A DNA stretch of 64,000 bases from Elusimicrobiota bacterium. Its GTDB lineage: Bacteria; Elusimicrobiota; Elusimicrobia; UBA1565. The position numbers were made by a program, and so were the translations under genes. The stretch's first letter is position 1. Each line of letters opens with the position of its first letter. A model generated the notes under the pieces. It was not told the DNA's origin and did no database searches. It saw only the letters and a program-made list of their open reading frames with translations. The DNA lies in assembly GCA_043819795.1 (NCBI GenBank), contig JBDREN010000049.1, positions 27,409-91,408 on the forward strand, given 5' to 3'. Of the stretch, positions 47,768 through 56,695 are shown piece by piece.

Positions 47768-47936
47768 CTAGCAGTCCGTGGCAAAAGTATTTCGGATGGC
47801 GAAATCGTCTGGGGCGAGCCGAGCCAAGGCGCGACGAGGGAGCATCCCTCGACGGGATGTGACCGAGGAGCAACGCAGGTGCAGGCCGCATCCAGGCGAT
47901 TGCCGGCCCCGGAAGACTTTTGCCACGGACTGCTAG
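47768..47936. mobile_element. 169-bp MITE-like palindromic element bounded by CTAG
   Basis: Perfect 21-bp inverted repeat CTAGCAGTCCGTGGCAAAAGT / ACTTTTGCCACGGACTGCTAG; internal structured core at 47827-47875. Confidence 0.8.
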
Positions 47937-47944
47937 GGAAGCCG

Positions 47945-48469
47945 CTACTCCTTCTTCCGGCTTAAGATTCGCAGGGCTTCCCTCAGCTTGTCCTCGTCCG
48001 CGTCCCCCAGCCGGCTTTTGACCTGCTCCCGCAGGTCGCTTTGGCCGGCGGGCTCCACATCCGGGCTCGTCAGGCCGGTCGCGGCCCTGATGGCGTCGAC
48101 GTAGGCCGCGGGCTTGACCGGCTTCTCCAGGAACCGCAAGTTTTCGCCGGCGGCCTCCTCCTGGAGCTCCTGCAGGTCCTTGGTCCCGAACTCGTCTTTG
48201 GCGTGGGCCGTCACGATGACGAAGGGGATGTCGCGGTTGTCCTTGTGCTTCTTGATGTACCGGTAGAACTTCAAGCCGGACATCTTGGGCATCACGAGGT
48301 CGAGGGATATCGCGTCGGGCCTTCTTTCCTTCACTCTGTCCAGCGCCTGCTTGCCGTTGCTGGCCAGCATGACCCGGAACCCCGCGTCTTCCAGGATCGT
48401 CTGCATGAAGAGTCGGACATCCGGCTCATCGTCGACGATGAGTATGGTCTTCTCGCTCGCGTCACTCAT
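47945..48469 (-). CDS. Receiver-domain response regulator with helical tail (paralog of 30651-31199)
   Basis: IVDDEPDVR, ISLDLVMP, VTAHAKDE, LEKPVKP. Confidence 0.88.
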   Translation of the reverse strand: MSDASEKTILIVDDEPDVRLFMQTILEDAGFRVMLASNGKQALDRVKERRPDAISLDLVMPKMSGLKFYRYIKKHKDNRDIPFVIVTAHAKDEFGTKDLQELQEEAAGENLRFLEKPVKPAAYVDAIRAATGLTSPDVEPAGQSDLREQVKSRLGDADEDKLREALRILSRKKE

Positions 48470-48482
48470 GGATTGATCGACC

Positions 48483-49946
48483 TCACGTGTCGCTTTTTTC
48501 CGCTCGAGGCAGCCGATCCCGGGGGAGCTCGAGGGCGAACTCCGAGCCTTCGCCCGCCGAAGTCCTCACCGATATTCTGCCGCCGTGCTGGGCCACGATC
48601 TTCCGCGTCACGAGAAGCCCGAGCCCGGTGCCTTGGCCGGAGCCCTTGGTCGTGAAGAAGTTGGTGAATATCTTCTTCTTCACGTCGTAGTCCATGCCGC
48701 AGCCGTTGTCTTCGACCGTATAGTAGATGATATCGTTCTTTTCGACGCACGACAATACGACCTCGAGATCCTTCTTGTCGCTCACCAGGCAGGCGTCTAT
48801 GGCGTTCGAGACGAGGTTGGCCAACGACGTGTGAATCCCTTCCGGGTCCATGGACGCCTCGGCCACCGGCTCCGGAAAGCGCCCGACGAGCCGGATCCCG
48901 GACTGCATCGCGGTCTCGCGGTACAGGGCGACCACCTCCTGGGCGATCCGGACCGGATCCATAAGCGATATCTTGGGCTCCGCCCCCTTGGCGAAGCTCA
49001 GAAACTCGGCGACGATGGAGGATATCCTCGAGATGTTGTTCTCGAGCATGTCCCATCCCTTGCGCACGAGGCCGTTGTCGTCGCGCCTGAGGCCGGAGTT
49101 GACGACGTACATGCCTCCCTCGAGCCCCATGATGATGTTCTTGACGCCGTGGGCGATGCCGGCGACGGTCTGCCCGACGGCGGCCAGACGCTCCGACTCG
49201 AGCTTCTCCTGCTCGGCTTTCTTGAGCTTGTTCCTGAGGTCCAGCACCTCCGAGACGTCCTGGGAGATCTCGATGACGGTGCTGATGCCCTCGCGGTCGT
49301 GCTTGAAGGGGGCCGTCGTCACCGCGTAGTGCGACACGTTGCCGTCCTTGTCGACTCCGACCTGCAGCGCGCTGTGCATCTCGCCGGTCTCGAAGGCCCT
49401 GATGGACGGGCAGTTGCGACAGGGCTCGTCGACGCTCTTGTACATCTCGTAGCAGTACTTCTTACCCTCTTTCCCGAACTTCGCGTCGAACGCCGCGTTC
49501 GATTTGATGATCCGGAAGTCCCGGTCGATCACCGTGATATAGCAGGGGACGTTCTCGAAGAGGAAGGTGTGCTCCTTCTCCATGGCCACCCGGTCGGTGA
49601 TGTCGCTGGACATCTCGACGACGTACGGGATGCCGCCTCCCTCGTTCCGGATCGGAAAGCAATGGACCCGATAGTGGCGGCTGCCGCCTTCCCCGTTTTC
49701 GGCCTGCTCGTCCGATATGCGCGTCTCGCCGTCCTCGAAGGTCTTGACGGCGGGGCACTCGGCGCAGCGCTCGTCCCGGTTCTTGTACACCCGGTAGCAC
49801 TTCTTTCCTCGCCACTTTCCGTAGGCCTGCTCGAAGCGGGCGTTGGCCTCGACGATGTCCAGCTCCCGGTCGATGACGGCTATGCGAAGCGGGGCCTGGT
49901 TGAACAGCATCTCCTGCAGCTTCCGTCTGAGAGGAGTGGGCGTCAT
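48483..49946 (-). CDS. Two-PAS sensor histidine kinase (paralog of 29536-30651)
   Basis: Two CY..Y.....C..CP PAS motifs, AGIAHGVKN, FFTTKG..GTGLGL. Confidence 0.9.
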   Translation of the reverse strand: MTPTPLRRKLQEMLFNQAPLRIAVIDRELDIVEANARFEQAYGKWRGKKCYRVYKNRDERCAECPAVKTFEDGETRISDEQAENGEGGSRHYRVHCFPIRNEGGGIPYVVEMSSDITDRVAMEKEHTFLFENVPCYITVIDRDFRIIKSNAAFDAKFGKEGKKYCYEMYKSVDEPCRNCPSIRAFETGEMHSALQVGVDKDGNVSHYAVTTAPFKHDREGISTVIEISQDVSEVLDLRNKLKKAEQEKLESERLAAVGQTVAGIAHGVKNIIMGLEGGMYVVNSGLRRDDNGLVRKGWDMLENNISRISSIVAEFLSFAKGAEPKISLMDPVRIAQEVVALYRETAMQSGIRLVGRFPEPVAEASMDPEGIHTSLANLVSNAIDACLVSDKKDLEVVLSCVEKNDIIYYTVEDNGCGMDYDVKKKIFTNFFTTKGSGQGTGLGLLVTRKIVAQHGGRISVRTSAGEGSEFALELPRDRLPRAEKSDT

Positions 49947-50365
49947 GCGCCCTCCCCGCGCCCCAGCGCTCGGTCCAAGAACTCCACGAACTTGGCCGCT
50001 TTCAAAGGCTTCTCGAAGATGGCCTCTGGCTCGGGGATCTCCGGGTCCGGCACGTGTTTCCTGAAGTCCGCCTTGAATCCGTAGGCGATGTTCCCGATCC
50101 CGCTTATGACCACGACGGGTATGCTCTTCAGGCCGGCGTCGCTCCTGAATTCTCTATAGAGGGAAAGGCCGGATTTTTTCGGCATCATGATGTCGAGGCA
50201 TATGAGATCGGGCCGCTCGGTCTTGGCCAATCGGAACGCCTCCAAGGGGTCCATCGAGGAGACGACGTCGTAGCCGTGATCCTCGAGAAGGGTGGTCAGG
50301 TAGAGCACGATGTGCTCCTCGTCATCGACGATCAGGATCTTTCGGCGCGCTCGCACTGTTCCCAT
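49943..50365 (-). CDS. Single-domain response regulator
   Basis: ILIVDDE, CLDIMMP, FEKP. Confidence 0.88.
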   Translation of the reverse strand: MGTVRARRKILIVDDEEHIVLYLTTLLEDHGYDVVSSMDPLEAFRLAKTERPDLICLDIMMPKKSGLSLYREFRSDAGLKSIPVVVISGIGNIAYGFKADFRKHVPDPEIPEPEAIFEKPLKAAKFVEFLDRALGRGEGA

Positions 50366-50413
50366 GGAGTCGATCGGGCCGGGCCCCGGAGGCCCGGGTG
50401 ACCGGCCGCCGAA

Positions 50414-50803
50414 CTAGCCGATCAGCTCCTTCACCATCTTGATCAGCTCGTCCTTGTCGATCGGTTTGGGTATGAAGCCGTCCGGAGGCGGGATGGACTT
50501 CCTTGTGCTCAAGAATCTTTTGTAGTCTTCGGGGTTGTTCCCGGGACCCGTGATCGCGGTGACGACGATGACGGGCGTGGACTTCAGCTTCTCATCGTCT
50601 TTCAGAGTACGATAGAGCTTTACCCCGGACTTTCCCGGCATGTTGATGTCCAGAGAGACGAGGTCCGGGCTTTCCCGCCTGGCTTTTTCCAGAGCGTCAT
50701 CCGCGTTGTCGGCCACGATCGTCTGATATCCGTTGTCCGCGAAGAGCGTGTCAAGATAGGTCAGGACATCCTTCTCATCATCGACTATCAGGATCTTCTT
50801 CAT
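50414..50803 (-). CDS. Single-domain response regulator
   Basis: ILIVDDE, SLDINMP, IPKP. Confidence 0.88.
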   Translation of the reverse strand: MKKILIVDDEKDVLTYLDTLFADNGYQTIVADNADDALEKARRESPDLVSLDINMPGKSGVKLYRTLKDDEKLKSTPVIVVTAITGPGNNPEDYKRFLSTRKSIPPPDGFIPKPIDKDELIKMVKELIG

Positions 50804-50816
50804 GAGCCCTCCGTTT

Positions 50817-51278
50817 CTAGCATTTCACTCCGAGCCACTTATCGATCTTCGAGCGTCCTTTCAACCTCATCTTGCTCTGCGAAAGATCCTCCAGCGTGAA
50901 GTCCGTCAGTATCTTGACGATCGTCGCGTTGATCGTCTCCCACATCTTGCGGGCGCTGCAGTCCCTGTAGTACTCGCAGCTCCGCTTGTTCTTGACGCAG
51001 GTCAGCAGCCTTACCGGCCCGGATGCCGCTTCCATGATCTCGTTGATCGTGAGATATTTCGGTTTCTTGGCGAGATAGTATCCTCCGGACTTCCCGGCGA
51101 CGCTCCTCACAAGCCCCGCGTTCTTGAGGGGGACGATGAGCTGTTCGGCGTATCGGAGGGACATCCGCTGTCTTTTCGAGACCTCCCGGAGGCTGGTCGG
51201 CTTATCGGCGCTCGCGTGGTCCGCCAGGTAGGTCATGATGCGGATCGAATACCGGCTTCTTGTGGATACTTTCATCAC
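50817..51278 (-). CDS. Rrf2-family transcriptional regulator with three Cys
   Basis: STRSRYSIR, YAEQL..PLKNAGLVRS..GKSGGY, C-x6-C-x5-C. Confidence 0.9.
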   Translation of the reverse strand: MMKVSTRSRYSIRIMTYLADHASADKPTSLREVSKRQRMSLRYAEQLIVPLKNAGLVRSVAGKSGGYYLAKKPKYLTINEIMEAASGPVRLLTCVKNKRSCEYYRDCSARKMWETINATIVKILTDFTLEDLSQSKMRLKGRSKIDKWLGVKC

Positions 51279-51291
51279 ATGGAGCGCGCGT

Positions 51292-51366
51292 TAAATCCGT
51301 GTATTCCTGTGGGAGTTATGCAATAAAGGCTTTCCAGAATGTAGAAATTTACAGCATTATTGTCAA
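51292..51366 (-). promoter_or_regulatory. rrf2 promoter and putative operator
   Basis: TTGACA-17-TACATT on the minus strand; ATAACTCCCACAGGAATACACGGATTTA resembles the tmcD operator. Confidence 0.5.
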
Positions 51367-51485
51367 CGTCCTGGGATCGCGTGGCTTGGCCTGGAGGGCA
51401 GGCGGGCTCTTCCTCCCATCCAATCGGAGTATTCGTCCCGGCAAGTCAGATAGGCCTCCTGGGGAAGGCCGGTCCCTGGGGCCTC

Positions 51486-51536
51486 TTGACAGGCTCGCGG
51501 ACCTGAGTTATAATAATGACAATGGCAACCGTTATC
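51486..51536 (+). promoter_or_regulatory. Consensus sigma70 promoter with adjacent Fur box
   Basis: TTGACA-17-TATAAT; GACAATGGCAACCGTTATC (14/19 to GATAATGATAATCATTATC) at 51518-51536. Confidence 0.8.
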
Positions 51537-51628
51537 ACAACGGATAGCCCGGGATGTGATGCGGGGGCGAGGGGAAGGGCTGTGGCGGCATCGGCGGTTC
51601 CGAATTCCTGGCGAAGAGGAGGACGATC

Positions 51629-52099
51629 ATGAATGTGCAGAGTGTCCTGAGGGGGAATGAGCTGTTTGGGGCCCTGAGTGTCGACGAAGTCGGCCGGATC
51701 AGCGCCTTTTCAGTTGCGAAGGAATTCAAGAAGGGTGAGATGATCTTCGCGTGCGATCATCCTGGCACACACTTTTTCATGCTCATGGACGGATTGGTCT
51801 ATCTTCAGCTTCCCGCCAATCCTCCGGAGTTCAGCTTTGCCATCTCGAGGATCCAGGAAGGTGAGCTATTCGGCCTTTCTCCCCTCCTTGATTCGCCGCA
51901 GTACACCTGCATGGCGCGATGCAGCGTCGATACCAAGGTCCTGTCAATTGAGGCGGGCCCCTTCCGCGAACTTCTGCGGGAAAATGCGCAGACGGGATTT
52001 GCCATCATGAATCGAGTGGCCCGCATTTATTTCAACCGCTATATCGAAATCCTTAAGAAACTTGATGATGTGGTCGGCCAGATTTCGCTGATTCGTTGA
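51629..52099 (+). CDS. Stand-alone cyclic-nucleotide-binding (Crp-type) domain protein
   Basis: LFGALS, FKKGEMIF, GELFGLS; no HTH. Confidence 0.8.
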   Translation: MNVQSVLRGNELFGALSVDEVGRISAFSVAKEFKKGEMIFACDHPGTHFFMLMDGLVYLQLPANPPEFSFAISRIQEGELFGLSPLLDSPQYTCMARCSVDTKVLSIEAGPFRELLRENAQTGFAIMNRVARIYFNRYIEILKKLDDVVGQISLIR

Positions 52100-52135
52100 A
52101 TGCTGTTTTGCTGTCAATTAGTGATGGAGGCATGA

Positions 52136-52600
52136 ATGCCGGGACATGGCTGGCGTCATAGATTGAGAGGTTGCGGGTATCGGATGACCATGCCGAGAGA
52201 GGTCATCCTGGACATTCTTAGCCAGACGAAAGAACATCTGAGCGCGAAGGAGATATATCTTCGAGCGCATAAGAAATATCCCTCCTGTGGCATGACCACG
52301 GCATACAGGACGCTCGAAATCTTGGCGCAGATGGGGCTGGTCATTAAGTTCGACTTCGGCGATGGCCAAGCCAGATACGAGCTGGCCGAAGAGCACAGCC
52401 GAAAGAAGCACCACCATCACTTGGTCTGCAGGAAATGCAAGACAGTCATCGACTATGCGGAGTTCATCGAAGACGAGCTTGAACTTCTCGACAAGACCAT
52501 GAAGGGCCTGTCAAGGAAATATAGATTCACAATAGAAGCTCACGAGATAGTTTTCAAGGGCCTTTGCGAGAGATGCGGAACAGTGGCGCAGAAGCGTTGA
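52136..52600 (+). CDS. Fur-family transcriptional regulator
   Basis: RMTMPREVIL, HLSA, TTAYRTL, HHHHLVCRKC, GLCERC. Confidence 0.9.
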   Translation: MPGHGWRHRLRGCGYRMTMPREVILDILSQTKEHLSAKEIYLRAHKKYPSCGMTTAYRTLEILAQMGLVIKFDFGDGQARYELAEEHSRKKHHHHLVCRKCKTVIDYAEFIEDELELLDKTMKGLSRKYRFTIEAHEIVFKGLCERCGTVAQKR

Positions 52601-52701
52601 GCCGCTCATGCCGACCCCTCCGGAGAGGGCGAGATAAGCGGTGAGTGCGATGCCGGGAAGAGACAGCGCCGGCCCCGGAGGGGTCGGATAGGAGGCGGCC
52701 A

Positions 52702-52959
52702 ATGCCGATGGGAGACGGGACCGGCCCGCAAGGCAAGGGCCCGAGGACCGGGCCGGGCCGGGGAAGCTGCGGCGGCAGGCGCAGCGGCGGCCCCCGCGGC
52801 GCTGTGAGTCGCCTGGAGAATTGGGGAGCGATGATCGGCGCCGCGCTTGGCATCGTCGCTTCCGCTCTCAAGCTGCTGTCATCCGCGAAGCGGACGCGCA
52901 AAGATGACGTGATCGACGTGACGCCTGAAGCGGAAGACTATCTGAAAAGCCGGAGATAA
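52702..52959 (+). CDS. DUF5320-like Gly-rich small protein
   Basis: MPMGDGTGPQGKGPRTGPGRGSC N-terminus; GGAGG RBS; TAATG coupling to the next gene. Confidence 0.7.
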   Translation: MPMGDGTGPQGKGPRTGPGRGSCGGRRSGGPRGAVSRLENWGAMIGAALGIVASALKLLSSAKRTRKDDVIDVTPEAEDYLKSRR

Positions 52960-53801
52960 TGATCGTTTCCATAGCCAGCGGCAAGGGCGGGACCGGGAAA
53001 ACAACCGTAGCCTGCGCGCTCGCGCAAAGCCTCGACACGGATAGTTTCTTTCTCGATTGCGACGTAGACGAGCCTAACGCGCACATATTGCTGCATCCTC
53101 ATATAGAGCGGACGACCCCGGCGAATATACTCATCCCATCGGTGAATGAGGAGGAATGTGATGGCTGCGGCAGGTGCGCTGAGGTATGCGAATACCATGC
53201 CATCACGGTGATGGCGGGGCGGCCGCTTCTGTTCGACCATCTATGCCATAGTTGCGGAGGCTGCGTCCTGGCATGTCCGGCCAAGGCGATCGGAGAAAGA
53301 GAGAAGGCGATAGGCAAGATCGATGTCGGAAGTGCGGGCAGAATCCGCTTTATCTCGGGAGAGCTCAAGGTGGGGGAGGCCATGTGCACCCCGGTCATCC
53401 GGCAGGTGAAGTCCCAGGCCGAGGGGTGTCCTCACGTCATTATCGATGCGCCGCCGGGCACCTCCTGCCCGATGGTCGAAGCGGTCAAAGGCAGCGACTA
53501 CTGCATCCTGGTGACTGAGCCGACACCGTTCGGACTCCATGATCTGAAGCTGGCGGTCGAAGTCGTGGAGAAGCTGAAGCTGCCTTTCGGGGTGGTCCTC
53601 AATATCGCGGATATCGGCGACGACAGGGTGGACGCGTTTTGCTCCGCAAGGGGCATCCCACTTCTTCTGAAAATCCCATTTGATAGGCGAATCGCCGAGG
53701 CGTATTCCAGGGGTGTCTCCATCGTGGACGAGCTGCCTGAGTACAAAGACCGCTTCCGAGAGCTTTTTAATAGCGTCTCAGGCGCCGCTTTCAAGCCATG
53801 A
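52959..53801 (+). CDS. MinD-superfamily P-loop ATPase with inserted ferredoxin domain (COG1149, Orp-like)
   Basis: ASGKGGTGKTT, DCDVDEPN, two 4Fe-4S motifs, DAPPGTSCP, VTEPTPFGLHDL. Confidence 0.9.
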   Translation: MIVSIASGKGGTGKTTVACALAQSLDTDSFFLDCDVDEPNAHILLHPHIERTTPANILIPSVNEEECDGCGRCAEVCEYHAITVMAGRPLLFDHLCHSCGGCVLACPAKAIGEREKAIGKIDVGSAGRIRFISGELKVGEAMCTPVIRQVKSQAEGCPHVIIDAPPGTSCPMVEAVKGSDYCILVTEPTPFGLHDLKLAVEVVEKLKLPFGVVLNIADIGDDRVDAFCSARGIPLLLKIPFDRRIAEAYSRGVSIVDELPEYKDRFRELFNSVSGAAFKP

Positions 53802-54589
53802 ATCCATCGACCGCTTTCGGCGTGTTTGTCGCCGGTATCCTGGCGGGTTCGTTGGGCGGCTTTCTGGGGATCGGAGGAGGCGTGGTCCTGATGCCTGTGC
53901 TCCGCTTCGTATTAGGGTTGTCCCCCGCCATGGCTGCGGGCACATGCGTCATGGCTGTGACCTTCACCACGCTGGGTGGGGCGCACAAACATTACCAGTT
54001 GGGGAACGTTGACCTCAAATCCGTTCTTCCGATCATTCTCTCCGGTGGGATATCGGCCGCCGCGTTTTCATTGGTTTTTCCGCTCTTCGCCAGGCATGGC
54101 CACGAGCGATGGCTGGATATCGGCACGGGCATGATCTTCTTCGCGATCTCCTTGCGCATGATCATCGAAGGGTTGCGTGGCGATGAGCCGGGGCGAGTCG
54201 CGCCAGGCATGCTCCCGGGAGCGACCTGGGCGAAGGTCGCTGTCGGGTCGGCGGCCGGGACTATGCCAGGGCTTTTGGGAATCGGCACAGGGGCTCTCCT
54301 GGTTCCCGTGTTCGTTCTGATATTGAACGCGCCGATGAAGATCGCAGTCGGGTCCTCGTTGGCATGCTTCTTCGCGTTTGCGCTGCTAAGCTCGGTTTTC
54401 AAAGCGGTCCAGGGATTCGTCGATCTACAGCTTGTGATTCCTCTATGCCTGGGGACATTGCTGGGCTCAGGCGGGGGTGCGTGGTTGACGAAAAGCTTCA
54501 AGGGGGCGACCCTGAAAGTGGCGTTCGGATTCGCATTTCTCTTCGTTTCGGTCAAGTATCTCTTGCTTTTCTTCGGGGCAAGGATATGA
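53798..54589 (+). CDS. TauE/SafE-family transporter
   Basis: GGFLGIGGGVVLMP and GLLGIGTG repeats, about 8 TM helices. Confidence 0.85.
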   Translation: MNPSTAFGVFVAGILAGSLGGFLGIGGGVVLMPVLRFVLGLSPAMAAGTCVMAVTFTTLGGAHKHYQLGNVDLKSVLPIILSGGISAAAFSLVFPLFARHGHERWLDIGTGMIFFAISLRMIIEGLRGDEPGRVAPGMLPGATWAKVAVGSAAGTMPGLLGIGTGALLVPVFVLILNAPMKIAVGSSLACFFAFALLSSVFKAVQGFVDLQLVIPLCLGTLLGSGGGAWLTKSFKGATLKVAFGFAFLFVSVKYLLLFFGARI

Positions 54590-55359
54590 AGGCGAAGCGG
54601 GTCTCTCCCATGCTGGAGAACGTGCGGACTGAGGTCCGTAGACTTGTGAGACAGCGTGGGATCGGACGCAGAAAGGCCCTCGTTTTCGCCGAGCCTCTGA
54701 CGCCGGAACAAGCCATCGGCCGGCCGAGCAGGAAAGACTATCCGATCATCAAAGGCAAGGAGCGCGTCCTGGAAGCGCGCGTGCTGGGAGCTCGGGGGCA
54801 GGCATTCACGGATTCCCCGTGCGAGTTCACCGGCACGGTCGACGGAGTCCTCCAGCTGCCGTTCACCAGCAACCGGAACCGGGCGATCTTTGTAGCCGTG
54901 GTTAATGCGCTGTGCCGTGCTCTCGGGATGGCCGAGGGTACGGTGCACTGCAAGGATGACGAGCCCGAGCAATGCGGCTCGAAGATCGCGGCGCATATTC
55001 TGGAGAGATGGGGGCGCGTAAGAGTCGGGCTTTTCGGCTTCAACCCCGCGATCGCTCAGAAATTGATCCGGGTGTTCGGGCGCGGGAGGACGCGGATCGC
55101 CGATCTCGACGATGACAATATCGGGTCGGTGAAGTCCGGCGTCAAGATCGAAGACGGCGAAACGGCGTCCGAGGACATAATCCGGTGGTCCGATGTGTGC
55201 CTTATCACGGGGACAACCCTGCTCAACGGCACGTTCGACTCGCTCGCAGCCTGCGCTAAGAGGCATGGAACGGACTTTCTCATCTATGGAATGACGGTCG
55301 CGGGAGTCAGTTCCCTGACAGGATTGCCGCGACAGTGCTATTTCGGGAGGAACGAGTGA
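54586..55359 (+). CDS. DUF364/Rossmann-like domain protein
   Basis: GQAFTD, GTVHCKD.EP..C, ITGTTLLNGT, YGMT motifs. Confidence 0.7.
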   Translation: MKAKRVSPMLENVRTEVRRLVRQRGIGRRKALVFAEPLTPEQAIGRPSRKDYPIIKGKERVLEARVLGARGQAFTDSPCEFTGTVDGVLQLPFTSNRNRAIFVAVVNALCRALGMAEGTVHCKDDEPEQCGSKIAAHILERWGRVRVGLFGFNPAIAQKLIRVFGRGRTRIADLDDDNIGSVKSGVKIEDGETASEDIIRWSDVCLITGTTLLNGTFDSLAACAKRHGTDFLIYGMTVAGVSSLTGLPRQCYFGRNE

Positions 55360-56228
55360 AGCAGTTCGCGGTCGTAAGCGGTAAGGGCGGCACGGGCAAG
55401 ACCACGGTCACCGCGGCGCTCGCATGCCTCGTCGAGAACACGGTGATCGCCGACTGCGACGTGGATGCCGCGGACATGCATCTGATCCTCTCGCCGCGGA
55501 TCAAGAGGCGGGAGGTCTTCGCGGGGGGCAAGGCGGCGAGGATCGATAAGGAGAAATGCGATTCCTGCGGAGTCTGCCGGGACCTCTGCCGCTTCGGCGC
55601 GATCAGCGAGGGATGCATCGTCGATCCGATAGCCTGCGAAGGCTGCGGGGTATGCCGTTGGAACTGTCCGCGGGAGGCCGTCGCGCTGGAGGAGGACCGG
55701 TCCGGCGAATGGTACGTATCGGACACCAGGTGCGGGCCGCTGGTCCACGCCCGGCTAGGGGTGGCTCAGGAGAATTCCGGCAAGCTGGTCACGATCATCC
55801 GCACTGAAGCGAATAAGCTCGCGGAGGAGGGGGGGCGTGATTACGTGCTGATCGACGGGCCTCCCGGGATCGCCTGCCCGGTCATGGCCTCTCTCACGGG
55901 CGCCGACGCCGCGCTGGTGGTCACCGAGCCGACGCTCTCGGGCCTGCATGATTTCGACCGGATCGCCGAACTGCTGGGGCATTTCAAGATCCGGGGATTC
56001 GTCTGCGTGAACAAATGTGATTTAAATCCCGGACAGGCATCCAGGATCAAAAGCCTCTGCGCCAGGAAAGGCCTCGTCTATGCCGGGGAGATGCCTTTCG
56101 ACAAGGCGGTGACAAGGGCCATGATCGAGGGCAAATCGGTGCTGGAACATTCGGACGGCCCGGTCGGCAGGGAGATCCGGGCGATGTGGGGCCGCATCGA
56201 GGATCATTTGAAGCCAGGAAGAGGGTGA
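55356..56228 (+). CDS. Second COG1149 P-loop ATPase with ferredoxin insert
   Basis: VSGKGGTGKTT, DCDVDAADMHL, CEGCGVC, ENSGKLV, DGPPGIACP, VTEPTLSGLHD. Confidence 0.9.
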   Translation: MKQFAVVSGKGGTGKTTVTAALACLVENTVIADCDVDAADMHLILSPRIKRREVFAGGKAARIDKEKCDSCGVCRDLCRFGAISEGCIVDPIACEGCGVCRWNCPREAVALEEDRSGEWYVSDTRCGPLVHARLGVAQENSGKLVTIIRTEANKLAEEGGRDYVLIDGPPGIACPVMASLTGADAALVVTEPTLSGLHDFDRIAELLGHFKIRGFVCVNKCDLNPGQASRIKSLCARKGLVYAGEMPFDKAVTRAMIEGKSVLEHSDGPVGREIRAMWGRIEDHLKPGRG

Positions 56229-56283
56229 GCCCGGAGAAGGGAAGATACGGTGGAAAGCGCCGAATCATCGGAGGATAGTCGAT

Positions 56284-56673
56284 ATGGAGAATGGGAGAAT
56301 CGCCGTCCCCGCCATGGAGCAGGGAGGGCTGGACGGAAAGAGGGCGGGGCATTTCGGCCACTGCGACGTGTTCACCTTGGTGGATGTCGAGGACGGCAAG
56401 ATCAAGGAAGTGTCCACCATCCCCAACCAGGCCCATACGCAGGGGGGCTGCATGATCCCGGTGAATCTCCTGGCGAAGCATAAGGTCAATGCGCTGATCG
56501 TCGGGGGCATCGGCATGCGGCCGCTCATGGGCTTCAGGCAGGCGGGGATCGATGTGTACCACGATGCCGTCCGCGCCGAGATTCGGCCGGTGGTCGAAGA
56601 CCTGATCGCCGGGAAATTACCCTGTATCGCGGACGATCAGGTCTGCGGAGGCGGAGGAAGGCCCGGGATATAG
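56284..56673 (+). CDS. NifB/NifX-family protein
   Basis: IAVP, GHFGHC..F, HTQGGC, GGIGMRP. Confidence 0.85.
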   Translation: MENGRIAVPAMEQGGLDGKRAGHFGHCDVFTLVDVEDGKIKEVSTIPNQAHTQGGCMIPVNLLAKHKVNALIVGGIGMRPLMGFRQAGIDVYHDAVRAEIRPVVEDLIAGKLPCIADDQVCGGGGRPGI

Positions 56674-56695
56674 AACGGCGCGAGGAGGGAAAGGC

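Noticed and set aside
52095..52113. sigma54 promoter in front of fur/orp genes
   Set aside because: TTTTGC -12 is present but the -24 dinucleotide is GA, not GG
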